34,594 bases of DNA from an uncultured Bacilli bacterium (GTDB lineage Bacteria > Bacillota_I > Bacilli_A > RF39 > UBA660), in the NCBI GenBank assembly GCA_947628445.1, contig CANQZX010000001.1, positions 1 through 34,594 on the forward strand. Reading direction: 5' to 3'. The notes beneath the pieces were generated by a model. It did not search any database and was not told the origin of the DNA. It saw only the letters and a list, made by a program, of their open reading frames with translations. Shown in pieces: positions 15,504-22,672 of this stretch. Each line of letters begins with the position of its first letter. The stretch's first letter is position 1. A program made the position numbers and the translations under genes.

Positions 15504-16313
15504 ATGAATTTATTAAAATATATATTATTGGGTATTATTCAAGGTTTAACCGAACCCTTACCGATTTCTAGCAGTGGTCATATTTTTTTATTTAAGACTA
15601 TTTTTAATACTAATTTGTTCAATTCTCTTAATTTTGAAATCGTATCTAACTTTGGTTCTTTTATTGCCATTTTAATTATTTTTTGGCACGATATCGTTGA
15701 TTTAATTAAGGCCTTTTTTACTTATTTATTTAAAAAAGATAAACGGAAAAGCGAATTGCCTAAATTTAAATATTGTCTATATATTTTAGTTAGTACGATT
15801 CCGGTTGGAATAACAGGTTTAATCTTTAAAAGTAAATTAGAAAACCTTTATTCCGTGAAAGGTTTAGGTTTTGCTTTTTTAATTACCGCCTTAATGTTAT
15901 TTATTGTTCGCAATATTAAAGGGGAAAAAGGCGATAATGATATTACTTTAAAAGATGCCCTATTGATTGGTTTATTTCAAGCTGTTACCATAATCCCAGG
16001 TATCTCCCGTTCTGGAACCGTTTTAGTTGCCTGTTTACTTTGTAAATTAAAACGCGAAACAGCTTTAAAATATACCTTTATTTTATATTTTCCTGTAAGT
16101 GTAGCAACCATGGCTTTAGGCATTAAAGATTTAATAGCAACTCCTAATATTGGAGATATGGTTTTACCTTATACTTTAGGCATGATTAGTGCTGGTATCG
16201 TTACTTATTTTGCTTATCTATGGTTAAGTAATCTAGTTAAAAAGGGTAAGCTTTGGAAATTCTCGATTTATTGTATCTGTTTAGCGTTATTTATCTTTAT
16301 CTATTTTAGATAA
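15504..16313 (+). CDS. uppP: undecaprenyl-diphosphate phosphatase
   Basis: GIIQGLTEPLPISSSGH and PGISRSG signature motifs are present in a polytopic membrane protein of typical length. Confidence 0.9.
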   Translation: MNLLKYILLGIIQGLTEPLPISSSGHIFLFKTIFNTNLFNSLNFEIVSNFGSFIAILIIFWHDIVDLIKAFFTYLFKKDKRKSELPKFKYCLYILVSTIPVGITGLIFKSKLENLYSVKGLGFAFLITALMLFIVRNIKGEKGDNDITLKDALLIGLFQAVTIIPGISRSGTVLVACLLCKLKRETALKYTFILYFPVSVATMALGIKDLIATPNIGDMVLPYTLGMISAGIVTYFAYLWLSNLVKKGKLWKFSIYCICLALFIFIYFR

Positions 16314-16355
16314 CAAAAAAAATACTAAGCTTTACTCTAACTTAGTATTTTTATT
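16313..16355. terminator. bidirectional intrinsic terminator between convergent uppP and rplL
   Basis: A 9-bp stem AATACTAAG/CTTAGTATT (16321-16349) is flanked by an A8 run on one side and a T run on the other. Confidence 0.7.
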
Positions 16356-16368
16356 TGCTATTTTTTAA

Positions 16369-16740
16369 TTAAGCAAGTTCTACTTCAGCACCAGCTTCAG
16401 TTAATTGATCAGCAATACCTTGAGCTTCTTCAGCAGGAATGTTTTCTTTAACATTACCACCATTGTCCGCTAAAGCCTTAGCTTCAACTAAACCTAAACC
16501 AGTAATTTCTTTTAATAACTTGATAACTGCAATTTTGTTGCCACCAGCGCTTTTTAAAACAACTGTTTTAGTACTTGATCCCGCATCTTCGCTAGCACCA
16601 GCTGCAGGAGCAGCAGCAACGGCAACAGCCATTGGATCAACACCAAATTCTTCTTTCATTGCATCGACTAATTCTTTTACTTCAAGAATTGTCATTTCTT
16701 TTAATGAACTAATAAATTCATCTTTTGTTAATTTTGCCAT
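16369..16740 (-). CDS. rplL: 50S ribosomal protein L7/L12
   Basis: N-terminal dimerisation segment, Ala/Pro hinge AVAAAPAAGA, and C-terminal domain KEITGLGLVEAK. The start overlaps the rplJ stop (TAATG). Confidence 0.95.
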   Translation of the reverse strand: MAKLTKDEFISSLKEMTILEVKELVDAMKEEFGVDPMAVAVAAAPAAGASEDAGSSTKTVVLKSAGGNKIAVIKLLKEITGLGLVEAKALADNGGNVKENIPAEEAQGIADQLTEAGAEVELA

Positions 16741-17240
16741 TATTCATCCTTCCCTTCCTTTTGTTCTGAATATAAATTCAAACTAATAGCCAAATCTTTA
16801 ACATATTGCATCATACCACCGGCCAACATTGTAAGTAAACCTTCTCTTGATGGTATTTCCGCATATTCTTTAATTGTAGCTAAATCCGCTACATCGCCAC
16901 TAATAATCCCAACTCTAATGTCTAATTTGTTATTCTTTTTCGCAAATTCTGAGACAATTTTAATTGGTTCTAGTAGCGTTTTCCCAAAGCAAATTGCGTT
17001 AGGGCCTTCCAAAAAGCCATCTAAATTAATTTTTAATTCATCAGCGGCTCTTTTTAGTAAAGTGTTTTTATAAATTTTAACATCAGCTTCAACGGGTTTT
17101 AATTCTCTTCTTAAAGCTTTTAAATCATCAACCGTTAAACCTTGATATTGGAATATAATAACTGCTTCACTGGTCTTTAGCTTATCAACTAATTCCGCAA
17201 CAATTGCTTTCTTTTGGGCAATTATTTTTTCGCTTGCCAT
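16740..17240 (-). CDS. rplJ: 50S ribosomal protein L10
   Basis: Position between rplA and rplL, 166 aa, and a typical L10 N terminus (KKAIVAELVDKLK...GLTV..L..LR). Confidence 0.9.
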   Translation of the reverse strand: MASEKIIAQKKAIVAELVDKLKTSEAVIIFQYQGLTVDDLKALRRELKPVEADVKIYKNTLLKRAADELKINLDGFLEGPNAICFGKTLLEPIKIVSEFAKKNNKLDIRVGIISGDVADLATIKEYAEIPSREGLLTMLAGGMMQYVKDLAISLNLYSEQKEGKDE

Positions 17241-17244
17241 ATTT

Positions 17245-17350
17245 CCTCCTTTTTTAAAATTAAAAGCCTCCGCATAGGGAAGCTTAAAAAAATACTCATT
17301 TTAAGATTTCCCTCGGTAGGACTTACTAATTGCCTACTGTCTTCGGTTTT
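17245..17350 (-). promoter_or_regulatory. ribosomal protein L10 leader-like attenuator upstream of rplJ
   Basis: Minus strand reads CCGAAGACAGTAGG...CCTACCGAGG, a hairpin with an internal loop. It is followed by AAGCTTCC-CTATGC-GGAGGCTT plus a T-rich run, directly before the rplJ RBS. This position and layout match the Firmicute L10 leader. The assignment is from memory, with no covariance-model search run. Confidence 0.5.
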
Positions 17351-17376
17351 CATTTCGTATTATATTACATTAATAA

Positions 17377-18075
17377 TTAAATGTCAAAACTATTTTTATC
17401 AAGTTTAATACCAGGACCCATTGTTGTTGAAATTGTAATATTTTGGATGAAGACACCCTTAACAGATGCTGGTTTAGCTTTCGCAATAGTATTAACAACA
17501 TATTCTAAGTTTTCTTTTAACTTTGAAGCATCGAATGATACTTTACCAATAATTGTATGGACATTACCGAATTTATCATTCTTGTAAGTAACCATCCCTT
17601 TTTTGATATCTTTAACGGCATCAGCAACTTTGGTTGTAACCGTTCCAGTTTTAGGGTTTGGCATTAAATTACGAGGCCCTAAAATGTTCCCGATTTTACC
17701 AAGTTCTGGCATCATATCAGGCGTTGCCACGATGACATCAAAGTCAAACCATGCTTCATCTTTAATTTTCGCAATTAAATCTTTATCGCCAACATAGTCT
17801 GCACCGGCTTTTTTGGCTTCTTCTGCAAAATTACCACTGGCAATAACTAAGATTTTTTTGGTTTTACCCGTTCCATGAGGAAGAGATAAAGAACCTTTTA
17901 ATTGTTGGTCAGATTTTTTCGCATCAAGTTTTAAACGAATGGCAACTTCAACCGTACTATCAAATTTAGTAACAGATGATTCTTTGACTAACTTAATGGC
18001 ATCATCAATACTATAAGTTTTAGTTTTATCAATATTTTTTGATGCTTCCACATATTTCTTACTATATTTTTTCAT
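17377..18075 (-). CDS. rplA: 50S ribosomal protein L1
   Basis: 232 aa with typical L1 sequence (FDSTVEVAIRL..D.....Q.KGS..LPHGTGK). Confidence 0.95.
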   Translation of the reverse strand: MKKYSKKYVEASKNIDKTKTYSIDDAIKLVKESSVTKFDSTVEVAIRLKLDAKKSDQQLKGSLSLPHGTGKTKKILVIASGNFAEEAKKAGADYVGDKDLIAKIKDEAWFDFDVIVATPDMMPELGKIGNILGPRNLMPNPKTGTVTTKVADAVKDIKKGMVTYKNDKFGNVHTIIGKVSFDASKLKENLEYVVNTIAKAKPASVKGVFIQNITISTTMGPGIKLDKNSFDI

Positions 18076-18106
18076 TTTTCCCTCCTAACTGTGGTTCATT
18101 AGCGGA

Positions 18107-18718
18107 TTAATTATTTTCTTCTTCAGTTTCGCTTTGTTCAGCTTCTTCATCAGCATGCGTTGGAACTTCAGCACTAGCAGTAGCCATTTCTTTAGCTTCC
18201 GCTTCAAGTTCTTCTAATTCAGCGTCCCTCTTAGCTTGTTCTCTTTCTTCTTCGGCTGCTTCAGCTGCTTGTTCGGCAAGTTCGGCATCGTTTAGACCTT
18301 TAACCGCAATACCCATGTTTCGAGCAGTACCAGCAATTTCTTCCATGGCTGCTTCTACATCATAAGCATTTAAATCAGGTAACTTTTCTTCTGCAATTTT
18401 ACGAAGTTGATCCTTCGTAATTGTTGCCACGATTTCATTAGCACCTTTTTTACTAGCTTTTTGAATACCAGCGGCTTTCTTTAATAAAAAGGCCGCAGGG
18501 GCAGTTTTTAAAACAAAATCAAAGCTCCGATCTTCATAAATAGAAATTTCACAAGGAATGACATCTCCCATTTTATCTCTCGTTGCTTCATTGAATTTGC
18601 TACAAAAATCGCCTAAATTAATTCCGGCAGGTCCTAAAACTGTTCCAACTGGTGGAGCTGGGGTTGCTTTACCAGCTTCAATTTGTAATTTAATTTTTTT
18701 AACGACTTCTTTGGCCAC
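18107..18718 (-). CDS. rplK: 50S ribosomal protein L11 with an approximately 60-aa acidic C-terminal extension
   Basis: GTG start after AGGAGGTG. The first roughly 140 aa are canonical L11 ([24 protein letters not shown]). The tail is an Ala/Glu-rich run ending [13 protein letters not shown]. Confidence 0.9.
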   Translation of the reverse strand: MAKEVVKKIKLQIEAGKATPAPPVGTVLGPAGINLGDFCSKFNEATRDKMGDVIPCEISIYEDRSFDFVLKTAPAAFLLKKAAGIQKASKKGANEIVATITKDQLRKIAEEKLPDLNAYDVEAAMEEIAGTARNMGIAVKGLNDAELAEQAAEAAEEEREQAKRDAELEELEAEAKEMATASAEVPTHADEEAEQSETEEENN

Positions 18719-18817
18719 GAAAACACCTCCTATATAAATATTTTTCGCGTAAGTGGGAATTGGGCAAGTCCGCTACTCTTCCCTGCCACTTAGCCAATAA
18801 CTAAATTGGCATTAAAG

Positions 18818-18846
18818 ATAATATCATAAAAAGGTAAGAAATACAA
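18818..18846 (-). promoter_or_regulatory. sigA-type promoter for rplK-rplA
   Basis: Minus strand reads TTGTAT (18841-18846), a 17-nt spacer, then TGATATTAT with the -10 at 18818-18823. Confidence 0.5.
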
Positions 18847-18921
18847 GAATTTTTCGAATATTTCTTGGCGAAAATGCTAATTTGTGTTATGATTATTTTG
18901 ATAAATGGAGAGTGATTTTTC

Positions 18922-19920
18922 ATGGCTAAAAAATTTTTTCGCCAAAAAGTTCATAATAAGAAACGAACGATAACGCAAGTTATCATTATAAGTGTATGCG
19001 TAATTGGCATTATTTCATGCTTACTATTAGTTCATTATTATAATAATAAGCTACCTGAAGGAGCAGTGGCAACCATACGGGATTCCGTAGCCGTCGAAGT
19101 TAATACCAAGCTTCCCGACAAAACAGCCTTCTTTTCCGAATTGAAGAATGTTGATGCCAAAAATATTAGTGTTGATTACAAAAAAATTGATATTAAACAA
19201 ACCGGAGAATACGAAATAAAAATTAAAGTATTTAAGAAAAAATATAAATCTACGCTAAAAATTGTCGATACTATTTCTCCTGAACTGACGGTTAAAGATG
19301 TAACTATTGCCAAGGGTACTAAATATCGAGCTGAAGATTTCGTGGCTTCTTGTAGTGATAATAGTAAAATCGAATGCCATGTGGAATTTTATCAATTAGC
19401 AACAACCCAAGATGGGGGCAAAATTGATTATGCTAAGTTTGAAGAAGAAGGTACTTACACGATACAAATAATTGCGACCGATGATTTTGGTAACAAAACA
19501 GCGCCAATGGAAGCAACTTTAGTTATTGGGGAAGGTTCCGAAATGCCAAAACCTGTTAAATGTAATTTTGGTAATACGGATTATGATAATGAAAAATATA
19601 TTTTAGCCGTTTCAGTTGGCGAAAACAATTGTGCTATTGATCCAGACCTATATAATAATGAAACTATTTTAGCCGCCATCAATACTTTCACTAATGATGA
19701 ACTAGCTAAAATCAAAAATGAATTCAATAAATTAAATATTAAAGGAACTATTAATGTTTATCCTAACCAAGTACCTATCCCAAATAAAACCGGCGAAGGC
19801 CTCGTAGGTTATGCTTTAGAAATGGTCTTAAAAAATGGCGAAGGAACAGAACTAGAACATTACTTTGTACGCAGTGATGGCTCCAGAGTTTACTCCGTAA
19901 ATAAATATAATTTAAAATAA
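18922..19920 (+). CDS. membrane-anchored protein with an Ig-like (DUF5011-type) domain
   Basis: N-terminal basic segment plus TM (VIIISVCVIGIISCLLL). The segment DTISPELTVKDVTIAKGTKYRAEDFVASCSD resembles the Ig-like repeats of 13249-14703. Confidence 0.65.
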   Translation: MAKKFFRQKVHNKKRTITQVIIISVCVIGIISCLLLVHYYNNKLPEGAVATIRDSVAVEVNTKLPDKTAFFSELKNVDAKNISVDYKKIDIKQTGEYEIKIKVFKKKYKSTLKIVDTISPELTVKDVTIAKGTKYRAEDFVASCSDNSKIECHVEFYQLATTQDGGKIDYAKFEEEGTYTIQIIATDDFGNKTAPMEATLVIGEGSEMPKPVKCNFGNTDYDNEKYILAVSVGENNCAIDPDLYNNETILAAINTFTNDELAKIKNEFNKLNIKGTINVYPNQVPIPNKTGEGLVGYALEMVLKNGEGTELEHYFVRSDGSRVYSVNKYNLK

Positions 19921-19943
19921 GAGCAACACTGCTCTTTTTTTTA
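19921..19943 (+). terminator. intrinsic terminator
   Basis: GAGCA-ACAC-TGCTC followed by T8, immediately after the stop codon. Confidence 0.6.
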
Positions 19944-20117
19944 TGGGTAAAATAATGGACCCTTAAAAGGGTCCAAAGGGGGTTTTGGTTGACCTTACAC
20001 ATTATTAATCGTGATAAGGTCATTAGGTTATAAGAAGCATAGCACATGTTTGATATTGTACTATGCTAGTTTAAATATAACTTGTTTTAAGTTATTTGTC
20101 AATTATATTTTCGAGCC

Positions 20118-22103
20118 CTAATCGAGAAACATAATATCATCTAAGATTTTTTGATAATAAGGATTATCTAAATAGGCCTCCGATTTCAAAAATTGAGCCG
20201 AATCTTGACTGGCTTGAAATAATATTTTGTGATCATTTTTAATACTAGCTAATTTAAAAGTAATATCGCCACTTTGTTTGATGCCAAATAAATCGCCTTG
20301 GCCCCGTTGTTCAAAATCTTTCTCACTAATATAAAAGCCATCCGTACTTTCTTCCATAACTTTTAAGCGGGCATTATCCTGATCACTTATTAAGTAACAA
20401 TAACAAGTTAAATCATTACGGCCTACCCGACCCCGGAGTTGATGAAGTGCCGCCAAGCCAAAGCGTTCAGCATTAAATATGACCATCATAGTGGCATTCG
20501 GAATATCAATACCAACCTCGATAACTGTCGTGGAAATTAAAATTTTGATTTCGCCGGCTAAAAAGTCATTCATTATTTTATCTTTTTCAGCTTGTTTCAT
20601 TTTGCCATGAATAATACTTATATTGACTTGATTATTAAAAGCCGTATTTAATTTTTCTTGTAATTTTTTAACACTATTTAAATTACTTTCTTCACTTTCA
20701 TCAATTAAAGGCGAAACGACAAATATTTGATGCCCCGCTTTAATTTCTTCAAGCATTTTAAATAAAACATCCTTAATTTCGTTTTCTTTTTTTACCTTGG
20801 TAATGACCTCTTTTCGGCGATGCGGTTTCGTTTTTATTAAGGATAAATCCAAATCGCCGTATAAGCAAAGCGCATAACTTCGCGGAATGGGTGTCGCTGA
20901 TAAATATAAAACATCGGGACCAACATTGCCTTTTTCTTGCAAAGCATTCCGTTGTTTAACCCCAAATAAATGTTGTTCGTCAATAACGACTAAACCCAGT
21001 TTCGCAAAAACAACATTATCATTAATTAAAGCATGTGTTCCAATAATGATATCAACCTCATGGTTTTGGATTTTTGCATAGGCTGCTTGTTTTTCCTTGG
21101 CCCGCATATGACCCGTCAAAAGTAAAAGCTTAAGATTAGTATTCGCAAAATAATTTTTAATAGTTTCATAATGTTGTTTGGCTAAGATTTCTGTAGGAGC
21201 CATAAATGCCGTTTGATAACCACTTAAATAATTAGCCAAAGCGCTAATAATTGCCACAATTGTTTTGCCGCTACCAACATCACCTAAAACCAACCGATTC
21301 ATTCGTTTTTCATCTTGCATATCGTTTAAAATATCTTCGATGGCTGTTCCTTGATCTTCCGTTAATTTAAAGGTCAAATTGGCTAAAAAGTCCGTAATTT
21401 CTTCCCTATTAAATTGATGTTTAAGACCTAATACCTTTTCATTTTTTAACTTCAAAACATTGATTTTAAAAGTATACTCAAATAATTCTTCATAAATTAA
21501 TTTTAGTTTGGCTTTTTTGATATCCGCCATTGTCCTGGGCCGATGAATTAAATTAACGGCATCCTTTTTCGCAATAAATTCATATTTCTCATTATAATAA
21601 TCGGGAACATGATCTGCGATGTTAAGATTTTGGGCTAAAGCCGTATCCACCCATTTTATCAACATACTTTCTTTTAACCCACTTATTAAATGATAATGGG
21701 GTTCAATTGATTTATCTTGAACATTAAACTTAATTTCACTAGCCATAAAACTATTTTTTAAATAGTCATATTTACCTAATAAAACTATCGCTTTACCAAC
21801 TGTTAAAATATTTTTCAGAAAAGCCCGGTTGAAGATTTTGACATTTACTAACTTTCCATCAATCGTAACCACGAAACTAAGATAATTAAAGTTCTTTCGA
21901 ATATAAGAAACTTTAGGGACTGTCGCAATAGTTCCTTTAACATAAATAGGTTCCGTCGATGTTGCTTCATTTAAATTAACAATATTTATAAAACTATACC
22001 GATAGGGATAATAACCTAATAAATCTTCAACCGTATTGATATCTAATTTATGAAGCAAAGCTTGATTTTTAGGGCCAATTCCCTTAAGTTGTTCAATATT
22101 CAT
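20118..22103 (-). CDS. recG: ATP-dependent DNA helicase RecG
   Basis: Walker A GDVGSGKT, DEQH box (VIDEQHLFGV), helicase C motifs (QLRGRVGR) and an N-terminal wedge region. The ATG at 22103 follows AGGAG. The ORF-track 31-aa N-terminal extension runs through the promoter. Confidence 0.9.
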   Translation of the reverse strand: MNIEQLKGIGPKNQALLHKLDINTVEDLLGYYPYRYSFINIVNLNEATSTEPIYVKGTIATVPKVSYIRKNFNYLSFVVTIDGKLVNVKIFNRAFLKNILTVGKAIVLLGKYDYLKNSFMASEIKFNVQDKSIEPHYHLISGLKESMLIKWVDTALAQNLNIADHVPDYYNEKYEFIAKKDAVNLIHRPRTMADIKKAKLKLIYEELFEYTFKINVLKLKNEKVLGLKHQFNREEITDFLANLTFKLTEDQGTAIEDILNDMQDEKRMNRLVLGDVGSGKTIVAIISALANYLSGYQTAFMAPTEILAKQHYETIKNYFANTNLKLLLLTGHMRAKEKQAAYAKIQNHEVDIIIGTHALINDNVVFAKLGLVVIDEQHLFGVKQRNALQEKGNVGPDVLYLSATPIPRSYALCLYGDLDLSLIKTKPHRRKEVITKVKKENEIKDVLFKMLEEIKAGHQIFVVSPLIDESEESNLNSVKKLQEKLNTAFNNQVNISIIHGKMKQAEKDKIMNDFLAGEIKILISTTVIEVGIDIPNATMMVIFNAERFGLAALHQLRGRVGRNDLTCYCYLISDQDNARLKVMEESTDGFYISEKDFEQRGQGDLFGIKQSGDITFKLASIKNDHKILFQASQDSAQFLKSEAYLDNPYYQKILDDIMFLD

Positions 22104-22119
22104 AGGCACTCCTAAAAGG

Positions 22120-22148
22120 ATTATAGCAAAATTTAAAAAAAGTTGCAA
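22120..22148 (-). promoter_or_regulatory. recG promoter
   Basis: Minus strand reads TTGCAA (22143-22148), a 17-nt spacer, then TGCTATAAT with the -10 at 22120-22125. Confidence 0.6.
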
Positions 22149-22155
22149 AAAGTTG

Positions 22156-22184
22156 TTGACAAATGATAGTAAATCAGTTAGGAT
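22156..22184 (+). promoter_or_regulatory. divergent promoter for the candidate sRNA
   Basis: TTGACA (22156-22161), a 17-nt spacer, then TAGGAT (22179-22184). It lies 8 nt from the recG -35 on the opposite strand. Confidence 0.5.
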
Positions 22185-22190
22185 AATACT

Positions 22191-22287
22191 CACCAATTCA
22201 CTGAAGAAGGCGAATTGGTGCTAGTATCACACTAGTCAACCCCTTTTTATTCTTTAGGAGCCACATCAAGTGGCTCCACCTTTTTTT
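22191..22287 (+). ncRNA. candidate small RNA (about 95 nt) with a C-rich single-stranded motif and its own terminator
   Basis: Hairpin 1 is CACCAATTC...GAATTGGTG (22191-22220). Hairpin 2 is CTAGT-ATCAC-ACTAG (22221-22235). An unpaired stretch TCAACCCCTTTTTATTC follows. The terminator is GGAGCCAC-ATCAA-GTGGCTCC plus T7 (22257-22287). No ORF is present. Confidence 0.45.
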
Positions 22288-22291
22288 ATAG

Positions 22292-22320
22292 AAAACCAAA
22301 TGTACCTGGTTTTATTTTTT
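22292..22320 (+). terminator. second tandem hairpin plus T run
   Basis: AAAACCA-AATGTACC-TGGTTTT followed by ATTTTTTT. Confidence 0.4.
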
Positions 22321-22341
22321 TACATCTTTTTAGGTGTAAAA

Positions 22342-22358
22342 TTGGTAAATATTACCAA
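22342..22358. promoter_or_regulatory. palindromic candidate operator upstream of the XRE gene
   Basis: TTGGTAA-ATA-TTACCAA has 7-bp perfect arms. It lies 34 nt upstream of the XRE start codon. Confidence 0.4.
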
Positions 22359-22391
22359 ATATGGTCAATAATATTCCTAGGTGAGGAAAAA

Positions 22392-22649
22392 ATGAGTGTT
22401 GGTAGACTTAAAGAAATCCGCATAGACCGGGGAAAATCACAATATGATATTGCCAGAATAATTCATACTACCCAACAACAATATTCTAAATACGAAATTG
22501 GAATTCAAATGATTCCTTTGGAAAAGATTGTTGTTCTTGCCGATTACTATAATACCTCTGTTGATTACTTACTAGGCCGCACTGATGAAAGAGAGCCCTA
22601 TCCCAAATCAATCTTAATGGAAAAAACGAAAATTTTAGTTCAACAATAA
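22392..22649 (+). CDS. XRE-family helix-turn-helix transcriptional regulator
   Basis: 85 aa. LKEIRIDRGKSQYDIARIIHTTQQQYSKYEIG...VDYLLGRTD is a typical HTH_3/Cro-C1 domain. Confidence 0.85.
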   Translation: MSVGRLKEIRIDRGKSQYDIARIIHTTQQQYSKYEIGIQMIPLEKIVVLADYYNTSVDYLLGRTDEREPYPKSILMEKTKILVQQ

Positions 22650-22672
22650 AAAAGCCCTATGCGGCTTTTTCA
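22647..22672. terminator. bidirectional hairpin shared by the convergent XRE and PFOR genes
   Basis: AAAAAAGCC-CTATGC-GGCTTTTTC overlaps both stop codons. Only 3 G-C pairs, so it is weak. Confidence 0.45.

Noticed and set aside
16439-17797. Plus-strand ORFs antisense to rplL, rplJ and rplA (16439-16786, 17214-17408, 17381-17587, 17603-17797)
   Set aside because: These are shadow ORFs opposite highly conserved ribosomal protein genes, with no RBS and odd composition. The same reasoning applies to the other short antisense ORFs: 897-1082, 3678-3878, 10754-11011, 11128-11373, 12617-12862, 19775-20047, 20887-21081, 24323-24526, 24926-25114, 26158-26361, 26407-26610, 27380-27637, 29274-29540 and 33544-33744.
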